This document shows, piece after piece, positions 27,218 to 36,560 of a stretch of DNA of 36,560 bases. The notes under the pieces are model-generated. The model was given only the letters and a program-made list of their open reading frames with translations, was not told the DNA's origin and did no database searches. Source of the stretch: Thermomicrobiales bacterium (GTDB lineage Bacteria > Chloroflexota > Chloroflexia > Thermomicrobiales > UBA6265); assembly GCA_025928015.1 (NCBI GenBank), contig JAICKJ010000003.1, forward strand, positions 1 through 36,560, read 5' to 3'. The translations under genes were made by a program, and so were the position numbers. Numbering within the stretch: the stretch's first letter is position 1; every line of letters starts with the position of its first letter.

Positions 27218-27433
27218 CTACTCCCCCGAATGCATCTCCGCGATCTTTTGCTTCAGCTCGGCGTGAAGCTGGACGAGATCGTCCAGTCGCTGCTCGATCT
27301 GCTGCAGCGTGTCCTCCCGGCGGCGCTCGGTGTATTCGTCCCGCAGCTCGATGAGCATCTGGGCGACGCGGCCGATGGTTCGCACGGTCTGCACCGCGTC
27401 ATTCTCCCGCGTGGGCGCGGAATATCCGCTCAT
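27218..27433 (-). CDS. Small helical hypothetical protein (71 aa)
   Basis: Strong AAGGAGAAGG SD, GC3-biased codons, two amphipathic helices and a candidate TGCTACGCT extended -10 at 27488-27496. Confidence 0.7.
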   Translation of the reverse strand: MSGYSAPTRENDAVQTVRTIGRVAQMLIELRDEYTERRREDTLQQIEQRLDDLVQLHAELKQKIAEMHSGE

Positions 27434-27533
27434 GTCCTTCTCCTTGCAGCGGGGTTCGCGCCCTCCGGCGCCGTCAAAGTCGGGAAAAGCGTAGCACGAC
27501 CCGAGGTGCGTTCCGCGCCTTGGTCGCGGCTCC

Positions 27534-29624
<2,091 letters not shown>

Positions 29625-29715
29625 CTATGATTGACTCGATGGCCAAGAGGTGAACGTACGCCTCGGCGAGTGTAGCACGGCGCTCGTGCCCCGCCTCTGG
29701 TATCGTACGACGCAA

Positions 29716-29729
29716 CGAACATGCGTTCC
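29716..29729 (+). promoter_or_regulatory. LexA (SOS) box, Gram-positive type
   Basis: CGAACATGCGTTCC matches GAAC-N4-GTTC. It lies just downstream of TGGTATCGT (extended -10, 29698-29706) and upstream of a DNA-repair gene. Confidence 0.8.
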
Positions 29730-29770
29730 ACACCCTCGGCCTGTGACAGCGATGGAAGGGGCATCCGCCG

Positions 29771-31879
29771 ATGGCGGAGCTGGTCAGCGGACAATCAGGC
29801 GTGGCGGAGGGGGAGGGCGGCCGCTACCTCGCGCTCTGTGAGCGCGCGGCGGAGTTCATCCTCTCCTGCGGCGGCGCGGTCGATGAGGACCGCCTCATCC
29901 AGTACGTCTTCGGCCAGGCCGGCTCGCCGGCGCTCTGGCGGCCGCTGCTCCGCTCGATCCTCGCCCACGACGAACGGCTCGTCTTCCGTGCCGAGGGCGC
30001 CTGGGCGGTGCTCGGTCAGGAACCCGGCGAACTGGCCGCCGAGCTGCTGCTCGACGAGTTCGTCGTCATCGATGTCGAGACGACGGGCCTCCGGCCGCTG
30101 CGGCAGCGGGTGATCGAGGTCGCGTGCATCCGCTACCGGAATGGCGCCGAGGAGGCGCGGTTCGAATCGCTCGTCAACCCCGGCAAGCGCATCCCCGCCT
30201 ATATCTCCGAGCTGACCGGGATCAAGGACGCGCACGTCGCCGAGGCGCCGCCCTTCGCGGCGATCGCCGAGGCGGTCCAGACCTTCATCGGCAGCGGGCT
30301 CGTCGTCGGGCATAACATCGCCTTCGATCTCAACTTCCTCAACGCCGAGCTGAAGCGCGTCGATCGGACCTCTCTCATCAACGAGCGGCTCGACACGATG
30401 GGCATGGCCGTCCGGCTGCTGCGCGGCGTGCGCAAGCCGAGCCTGGACAAGGTCGCGCGGCAGGTCGGACTGGTGCCGCGCAAGATTCACCGGGCCGGTG
30501 TCGACGCCGAATTGACCGGCGAGGTCGCCTTGCGGCTGGTCGATGAGGCGCGGCGCCAGGGCGTCACCTCGATCGACCAGCTCAAAGCCGCGTCGCAGCT
30601 CAAGGAGCGGCGACCGAAGGATCGCGTCGGGCGCGGCCGCACGCTGATCGACCGCTCGCTGCTGGCGGACATCCCGAAAAAGCCCGGCTGCTACCTGATG
30701 CGCGACCAGTTCGACCACATCATCTACGTCGGCAAGTCCCGCAATCTGCGCGACCGCGTTGCCTCCTATTACTCGCAACCGCTCGGCTACACGCGCAAGA
30801 TGGACGGGCTGCTCGAGTCGATGGTCAGGGTCGACGTCGAGGTCGTCGGCTCCGAGCTGGAGGCGCTGCTGCTCGAATCGCAGCTCATTCGCCGCTACGA
30901 GCCGCGCTACAACACCGCCATGCGTTCGTTCGAGCACTACCCCTACATCCGCGTTGATCTCAGCAGCTCCTGGCCACGCGTGATGCTGGCGCGAAACCGC
31001 AAGGACGATGGCGCCCGCTACTTCGGCCCATACCGCAGCAAGGGCGGGGCGCGGCGGACGGTCGATGTGATCAATGGCATCCTGCCGTTGCGGACCTGCA
31101 CGCGCTCGTTCAAGGACGCCCGCAGCTACGGCCACCCCTGCATCCTGCTCGATCTCGGCCGCTGCCTCGGCCCTTGCGTGGGCCGCGCCGATCGCGAGAC
31201 CTACCATGGGCTGATCGAGGACGTAGCGACCTTCCTCGATGGCGACGTGGACCGGTTGCAAGCCCGGCTCTGGATCGCGCTGGAAGAGGCGGCGGAGAAG
31301 CGCGACTTCGAGCGGGCCGAGCGCTTGCGCCGCGACATGCAGGCCGTGCTCGGCATCATCGAGGACCAGGGCCGGATGCGCCTGGCTGAACGCGAGCACA
31401 CGCTGCTGCTCGTGCTCCCGTCGGCGGAGCCGGCCTTTCGGGAAGTGCTGCTGGTGATCCACGGCCGCCTCTGGGCGCAGTTTCGCGCTCGCCGACCGCC
31501 GGCTGCTCCTGGACCCCAGCCGGATGCCGGCGAGGACGTCGTGCTCTCGGAGGTCCCCAGCGGCGCCGTCGCCGCGTCCGACCTGGTCGCCGATCTGGCG
31601 ACGCGGCTCGATCTGGCCTGGGCACGCTATCGGACGTGCCGGCTCAACCCGCTCGACAACTACGACGTGGATGAGGCCAACATCCTCAATCGCTGGCTCT
31701 TTCACCACGCGGACCACCCGGCACTGATCCGGCTTCCGATCGGCGATGATGCTGCTCCCGACTGGCCGGCGCTCGCCCGCGATGCCCTGGCGCTGACCGA
31801 TGACCAGCTCTCGTTCGATGATCCGTCAGTGGCCGGGCCCGTGTCGAACACAAGCGATGCTGAAGCTGACCTGGTGTAA
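29771..31879 (+). CDS. DEDDh 3'-5' exonuclease (DnaQ-like) fused to UvrC/Cho-like GIY-YIG endonuclease
   Basis: DVETTG, HNIAFD and HRAGVDA exonuclease motifs. PGCY...IYVGKS..LRDRV..Y...EALLLE...PRYN nuclease motifs. Four-Cys cluster and UVR motif (DFERAERLRR). Confidence 0.92.
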   Translation: MAELVSGQSGVAEGEGGRYLALCERAAEFILSCGGAVDEDRLIQYVFGQAGSPALWRPLLRSILAHDERLVFRAEGAWAVLGQEPGELAAELLLDEFVVIDVETTGLRPLRQRVIEVACIRYRNGAEEARFESLVNPGKRIPAYISELTGIKDAHVAEAPPFAAIAEAVQTFIGSGLVVGHNIAFDLNFLNAELKRVDRTSLINERLDTMGMAVRLLRGVRKPSLDKVARQVGLVPRKIHRAGVDAELTGEVALRLVDEARRQGVTSIDQLKAASQLKERRPKDRVGRGRTLIDRSLLADIPKKPGCYLMRDQFDHIIYVGKSRNLRDRVASYYSQPLGYTRKMDGLLESMVRVDVEVVGSELEALLLESQLIRRYEPRYNTAMRSFEHYPYIRVDLSSSWPRVMLARNRKDDGARYFGPYRSKGGARRTVDVINGILPLRTCTRSFKDARSYGHPCILLDLGRCLGPCVGRADRETYHGLIEDVATFLDGDVDRLQARLWIALEEAAEKRDFERAERLRRDMQAVLGIIEDQGRMRLAEREHTLLLVLPSAEPAFREVLLVIHGRLWAQFRARRPPAAPGPQPDAGEDVVLSEVPSGAVAASDLVADLATRLDLAWARYRTCRLNPLDNYDVDEANILNRWLFHHADHPALIRLPIGDDAAPDWPALARDALALTDDQLSFDDPSVAGPVSNTSDAEADLV

Positions 31880-31936
31880 GCACGCGGCACCGGTCGGCCA
31901 GGGCGACACAATCGTTCGCCCCTGGCAACCCACCGC

Positions 31937-31970
31937 GCCTGTCATTTCGAGCGCGCGAGAAATGACAGGC
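31937..31970. repeat. Short hairpin related to the GTCATT repeat family
   Basis: GCCTGTCATTTC-GAGCGCGCGA-GAAATGACAGGC, a 12-bp perfect stem with the same GTCATT/AATGAC ends. Confidence 0.6.
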
Positions 31971-32039
31971 CTGGGGAGCGCCGGGAGGAGGGATCGCGCC
32001 TGCTGGCGCGCAATCCACCCGTGATTCGGCATCTGCCCG

Positions 32040-32070
32040 TACAATTGCTCCCTATGAACGAAGCGCTTCG
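32040..32070 (+). promoter_or_regulatory. -10 element and LacI-type operator-like palindrome upstream of sugar ABC operon
   Basis: TACAAT at 32040-32045 and the perfect palindrome CGAAGCGCTTCG at 32059-32070. Confidence 0.5.
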
Positions 32071-32123
32071 GGACTGGCGACGTGCTGCACGCGCGTCGCG
32101 TTCTTGTTCAAGGAGGTTTTTTC

Positions 32124-33437
32124 GTGAATCGACGCAGACTCATCAAGGTCACCGGTGCCGGCGGCGCCGTCATCGCCCTCGGTGGTCTCTCCGGCGCTCC
32201 CGCGTGGGCACGACAGTCGGGCGGCACGATCAAGCTTTGGGACACGCTCAACGAGGGCACCCGCAAGGACCTGATCGAGAACAAGATCGGCAAGAGCTTC
32301 TCCCAGAGCCACGATGGGGCGAAGATCGACCATCGCGGCTGGACGACCGAGGATCTGACCGGCACGCTGCCGCGCTCGGTCGATAGCGGCCAAGGGCCGG
32401 ACATCTCCCAGGTCAACAACGGCGAGGGCCTGATGGGGCCGATGATCCGCGCCGGCCAGCTTGTCTCGCTCGTGCCCTACGTCGAGAAGTACGGCTGGGA
32501 CACGATCCAGCCGCACGGCCTGCTGGCGCGGAACATGTATACCGCCGATGGCAAGCAGCTCGGTCAGGGCCAACTCTGGGGCATGTCGATGGAGGCCGAG
32601 ATCGTCGGCTTCTACTACAACCGGAAGATCTTCAAGGACAACGGCATCGAGCTGCCCAAAACGTTCGCCGATCTCGAAGCGGCGATGCAGAAGCTCAAGG
32701 ACGCCGGCCAGACACCGCTCATGTTCGGGAATCTGGACAAGTGGCCGGCGATCCACCTCTTCGGCGACATCCAGGGGACGATGACGACCCGCGCATACCT
32801 CGATGGGCTGATCTACCGCACCGGCAAGGAGTCGTTCGAGGACACGTCGATGATCGACGCCGCGACGAAGCTCAAGGAGTGGGTCGACAAGGGCTACCTG
32901 CTCGACGGCTACTCCGGAGTCAGCTCGGATGACGCGGTCTCGCTCTTCTCGGCCGGCCAGGGCGCGATGTTGATGCAGGGAAGCTGGAGCGCGGGCGACA
33001 TCGAGCAGGCGCTGGGCGCCGACGGCGGTTTCTTCCTGATGCCGCCAAAGGAGACCGGCGGCAAGGTGCTCAACGTCGGCGGTGTCGGCATCCCATACAG
33101 CATCATCAAGGGGACGAAGAACCCCGATCTCGACGCCGAGCTGATCGACTACCTGTGCTCGGACGAGGTCGTCGGCATGATCGTCGACGCCGGCGTGCTG
33201 CCGGCCCGCGCGGTGCCGAAGGAGAAGATCAAGCCGGACACCGTCACCGGCGATCTTTACACTGCCTTCAGCGCGGCGCTGGAAGGCGACGCGATCGGCC
33301 ACTACCTCGACTGGGCCTCGCCGACGATGTACGACACGCTGACGGCGCAGCTTCAGGCGCTGCTGGCCGGCAAGGTCGATCCGAAGACCTTCGTCGCCAA
33401 CCTCCAGGCCGATTATGCGAAGTCCTTCAGCTCCTGA
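32124..33437 (+). CDS. Carbohydrate ABC transporter substrate-binding protein (Tat signal)
   Basis: AAGGAGG SD and GTG start. NRRRLIK twin-arginine signal with AWA cleavage site. GPDI, FYYNRKIF and GAMLMQGSW motifs. Confidence 0.92.
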   Translation: MNRRRLIKVTGAGGAVIALGGLSGAPAWARQSGGTIKLWDTLNEGTRKDLIENKIGKSFSQSHDGAKIDHRGWTTEDLTGTLPRSVDSGQGPDISQVNNGEGLMGPMIRAGQLVSLVPYVEKYGWDTIQPHGLLARNMYTADGKQLGQGQLWGMSMEAEIVGFYYNRKIFKDNGIELPKTFADLEAAMQKLKDAGQTPLMFGNLDKWPAIHLFGDIQGTMTTRAYLDGLIYRTGKESFEDTSMIDAATKLKEWVDKGYLLDGYSGVSSDDAVSLFSAGQGAMLMQGSWSAGDIEQALGADGGFFLMPPKETGGKVLNVGGVGIPYSIIKGTKNPDLDAELIDYLCSDEVVGMIVDAGVLPARAVPKEKIKPDTVTGDLYTAFSAALEGDAIGHYLDWASPTMYDTLTAQLQALLAGKVDPKTFVANLQADYAKSFSS

Positions 33438-34368
33438 ACCGTCCGCGATCGGCTCCGATCTGGCGCTCGGCGTCCGGTCGGAGCCGGTCACCCGTCGCCG
33501 GGGACTCGCGGGCTCGGCGTGGGAGCCGTACCTTTACCTGCTGCCGGCGCTGCTCATCTTCACGCTCTTCGTCGCCGTGCCGGTCGTGGGGACGGTCGGG
33601 CTGAGCCTCGCCCATTGGGACGGCATCGCCTGGTCATCGGCGAGCTTCGCCGGGTGGCACAACTACACCCGGGCGCTGACCGAGGGGGAGTTCTGGCGCT
33701 CGATCTGGCACAACATCCAGCTCGTCCCATTCTTCGTCATCCTGCCGGCGATCCTCGGGCTGATCCCGGCGGCGATCGTCCATCAGGTGCGGCTGAAGGG
33801 CACCCCGGTCTTTCGCGCCGGCCTCTTCCTGCCCTACATCATGCCGGGCGTGCTGATCGGCGTCGTCTGGCGCTGGCTGCTGAACCCGGTCTTCGGCCTC
33901 ATCAACTCGTCCCTCAAGAAATTGGGCTTCCAGCCCCCGACCTGGCTCGGCGATTTCACCTGGGCGTTGCCGACCGTGGGCCTGATCGGCGCCTGGGCCG
34001 CCTACGGCTTTTGCTTCGTCGTCTTCCTCGCCGGCATGCAGAAAATCTCGCAGGACCTCTACGAGGCGGCGCGGCTCGATGGCGCCAACACCTGGCAGGA
34101 GTTCTTCGCCGTCACCTTGCCCGGTCTTCGCCGGGAGATGGCCGTCGTCCTCTCGGTCAACCTGATCAACGCGCTCCGCGCCTTCGACGTGATCAAGGCG
34201 ACGACCGATGGCGGCCCGGGCAAGCAGACCGAGGTGGTCGCTCTCTACATGATCAATGTCTTCGAGGCCCGGCAGGTGGGCTACGGCGCGGCGATAGCCG
34301 TGCTGCTTGCGGTCACGACGCTCGCGCTCTCGTTGCTCGTGCTGCGGCTCTTCGGGGAGCGCGAATGA
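33415..34368 (+). CDS. Carbohydrate ABC transporter permease
   Basis: YLYLLPA, FLPYIMP and EAA motif LYEAARLDGA. The start is uncertain. Confidence 0.92.
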   Translation: MRSPSAPEPSAIGSDLALGVRSEPVTRRRGLAGSAWEPYLYLLPALLIFTLFVAVPVVGTVGLSLAHWDGIAWSSASFAGWHNYTRALTEGEFWRSIWHNIQLVPFFVILPAILGLIPAAIVHQVRLKGTPVFRAGLFLPYIMPGVLIGVVWRWLLNPVFGLINSSLKKLGFQPPTWLGDFTWALPTVGLIGAWAAYGFCFVVFLAGMQKISQDLYEAARLDGANTWQEFFAVTLPGLRREMAVVLSVNLINALRAFDVIKATTDGGPGKQTEVVALYMINVFEARQVGYGAAIAVLLAVTTLALSLLVLRLFGERE

Positions 34369-35180
34369 TCAAGCGATCCCTGATCTACCTCTTGCTGGCG
34401 ATCGGCGTGGTGATCGCCGTCGCGCCGTTCGTCGTCACGATCCTCTCGTCGCTCAAGACGTCGATCGAGCTCGTCACCGGCGTGTTCGCGTTGCCGAAGG
34501 ACGCCCAGTGGCAGAATTACCGCACCGCCTGGGTGGACGGCCACTTCGACCGCCTCTTTCTCAACAGCCTCGTCGTCGCCATCGGCGTCGTCGTGCCCTC
34601 GATCTTCCTCTCGGCGATGACCGGCTACGCCTTCGCCCGCTTCCGCTTTCGCGGGTCGAACGCACTCTTCGCCTATCTGCTCTTCGGGCTGATCGTGCCG
34701 CTGCAGGCGCTCGTGATTCCGCTCTTCTACCTGATGCGCTCGCTGCACCTGCTCGACAGCCTCTGGGCGCTGATCCTGCCGCAAATCGGGCTCAGCCTCT
34801 CGTTCGGCACGCTGCTGATGCGGGAGGCGTTCCGGACGATCCCGCGGGAGATCGTGGAGGCGTCGATCGTCGATGGCGCCAGCTCCTGGAAAACGCTCTG
34901 GGGGATCATGTTTCCGCTCTCCCGGCCGATCGTCGGTACGCTGGCGCTGATGTTCTTCATCTGGACCTGGAACGAGTTCCTGCTGCCGTTGATCGTCAAC
35001 ATCGACCCGAAGTACCAGACGTTGCCAGTCGGCCTGCTCTATTTCCAGCAACGCTGGACCTCGAACGTCCCGGTCATCGCCGCCGGCTCGACGATCATCT
35101 TCCTGCCGCTGACCATCGTCTTCCTTCTCTTCCAGCGCCAGCTCATCCGCGGCATCACCTCCGGCGCCGTCAAAGGCTAG
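34365..35180 (+). CDS. Carbohydrate ABC transporter permease
   Basis: ATGA overlap. MIKRSLIYLL..., IPREIVEASIVDGA and WNEFLLPL motifs. Confidence 0.93.
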   Translation: MIKRSLIYLLLAIGVVIAVAPFVVTILSSLKTSIELVTGVFALPKDAQWQNYRTAWVDGHFDRLFLNSLVVAIGVVVPSIFLSAMTGYAFARFRFRGSNALFAYLLFGLIVPLQALVIPLFYLMRSLHLLDSLWALILPQIGLSLSFGTLLMREAFRTIPREIVEASIVDGASSWKTLWGIMFPLSRPIVGTLALMFFIWTWNEFLLPLIVNIDPKYQTLPVGLLYFQQRWTSNVPVIAAGSTIIFLPLTIVFLLFQRQLIRGITSGAVKG

Positions 35181-35357
35181 CTCGCGCCGCAATCCAGAAA
35201 GGAGTGCCGATCCCGCGCCGCCGGCGCCCTAATGGCGGCGTGCGCCGGTGGACTATGGTTCTGGTGCAGGTACTTTGTTCTGCAGAGGCGACCATCTTCG
35301 ATGGCGCCTTTTGTCATATGTTCGCTTGAATCATCCTGAAGCGATGGAGAATCAAGA

Positions 35358-36158
35358 ATGGTGACGTCGGTCCGCCAGCGGCGGGCGCGCGGTCCGGTGA
35401 TTCCGCCAGTTCCCCTGATTGCGGAGCAGTATGGGCCGGCGAGATTGGTCGTCCTCCACCTGGCGCCGGGCGCGATCTTCACTCTTGCGGTCTTGCTGGC
35501 GGCGTCCTTCCTCAACCGGTGGGGCGTCGATCCGAGTTTTGTGCTCATCGGCGCGATCGGCGTCGTCCTGGCGCCGCTCGAATGGGGTTACCTCGCACTC
35601 TATGCCCGCCGGACGACCGGCTCCTGGTCGCCGCTGCGGGCCGTCGAGTTCCGGAACTTTGTCCCAGGCCGGCGCCTCGCGCCTATGGCGGCGGCCCTGG
35701 CAGCATGGTTCTTCATCTGGCTGGCCGTGTCGATCGCGGTGGTCGACATGTGGCTGGCGACGAACGTCTTCTCGTGGATGCCGAAGTCGCTCCTCATCTT
35801 CTCCGGCGTCGACCGCGACACGAGCGTCTCGGCGCCGGCCGGAGCGCTGATCGCGCTCCTGGTCATCGCGTTGGTCTTCAACGGCGTGGTCGGGCCGATC
35901 ACCGAAGAGCTCTACTTCCGCGGCCATCTCTTGCCGCGACTGGAGCGCGATGGCCGCTGGGCGCCGGTCATCAACACGGTTCTCTTTGCCATCTATCACT
36001 TCTTCTCGCCCTGGCGGTATCCGGCCATCATCGTCGGCTTCCTGCCGATCACGTGGATGGTCTGGCGCAAGCGAAGCATCTTCATCTCGATCGCGACGCA
36101 CATGACGATCAACACCATCACGGTGCTGCTCCTGATCGCCGCGTTCGCGGCTGGGTGA
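35358..36158 (+). CDS. CPBP (Abi/CAAX) family intramembrane metalloprotease
   Basis: PITEELYFRG, LFAIYH and IATHMTIN motifs with multiple TMs. GGAG SD upstream. Confidence 0.88.
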   Translation: MVTSVRQRRARGPVIPPVPLIAEQYGPARLVVLHLAPGAIFTLAVLLAASFLNRWGVDPSFVLIGAIGVVLAPLEWGYLALYARRTTGSWSPLRAVEFRNFVPGRRLAPMAAALAAWFFIWLAVSIAVVDMWLATNVFSWMPKSLLIFSGVDRDTSVSAPAGALIALLVIALVFNGVVGPITEELYFRGHLLPRLERDGRWAPVINTVLFAIYHFFSPWRYPAIIVGFLPITWMVWRKRSIFISIATHMTINTITVLLLIAAFAAG

Positions 36159-36234
36159 TGGGGGCCATTCGACTGCGCGTAGAATGGGGACAGGGACAAA
36201 GCCGTCCGTGTCGCCATGCATCGGAGTGCAGCGC

Positions 36235-36560
36235 GTGGAATACGACGTTCTCGTCATCGGCCGCCCATCGTGGGACCTCGTCTTCACCGGTTTGCCCAAG
36301 TGGCCGGTCGTCGGGCAGGAGATTTACGCCCAGGGGTTGACCGTCTCGCCGGGCGGCACGTTCAACACCGTCGCCGCGCTCGCGCGGCTCAACGCCCGCG
36401 TCGGCATGATCGGCAGCGTCGGCAACGACGAGTGGAGCGGGCTCTGCCTGGCCGCCATGCAGGGCGAGGGCGTCTCGACCGAGCTGATGGCGGTGCTGGA
36501 CGAGCCGATGCCCGCCGTCAGCGTCTGCATGACCTACGATGGCGACCGCGGCTTCATCTC
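36235..36560 (+). CDS. PfkB family carbohydrate kinase, 5' part (partial)
   Basis: Reads (M)EYDVLVIGRPSWDLVFTGL...PGGTFNTVAALARLNARVGMIGSVGNDEW, the PfkB N-terminal signature. It runs off the window end. Confidence 0.88.
   Translation, partial: MEYDVLVIGRPSWDLVFTGLPKWPVVGQEIYAQGLTVSPGGTFNTVAALARLNARVGMIGSVGNDEWSGLCLAAMQGEGVSTELMAVLDEPMPAVSVCMTYDGDRGFI

Noticed and set aside
29652-29663. Second LexA box GAACGTACGCCT near ligA
   Set aside because: The right half-site deviates strongly from GTTC.
35358-36158. CPBP 'Abi' protein as a phage abortive-infection gene
   Set aside because: The Abi label for this family is historical. The motifs indicate an ordinary intramembrane protease and there is no defence context.

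Overview
A high-GC bacterial chromosomal segment. The GAAC-N4-GTTC SOS box, Hanks kinase and Tat-exported sugar-binding protein suggest a monoderm lineage, possibly Chloroflexota; this taxonomy is inference only. Most of the window is housekeeping: the nrdR 3' end, an MFS transporter, trxA, a GT4 glycosyltransferase, a Gfo/Idh/MocA + TIM-barrel sugar pair, a PknB-like kinase, an nth/phosphatase/MBL/S58-peptidase operon, a pyrC-carA-carB-pyrK-pyrD-cax-pyrE operon, ligA, a DnaQ-UvrC(Cho)-like fusion with an upstream LexA box, a sugar ABC cluster, a CPBP protease and a partial PfkB kinase. The most unusual locus is 3283-8666. It holds a two-gene membrane module built like an ion-driven MotAB/ExbBD/ZorAB motor: an A subunit with 2 TM helices and a ~380-aa coiled-coil tail, and a B subunit with a WLFADLL TM motif, a ~190-aa Q/A/T stalk and a degenerate OmpA-like end domain. 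This pair is transcribed divergently from an atypical protein kinase with ~8 helical repeats, and no flagellar, Ton/Tol or ZorC/D/E genes are nearby. Other notable signals are a pyr leader with a terminator and leader ORF but no PyrR motif, four ~115-140 bp palindromic GTCATTCTGA...TCAGAATGAC repeats, a probable catalytically dead TIM-barrel protein and an orphan antitoxin-like small gene. All calls were made by eye; no searches were run.
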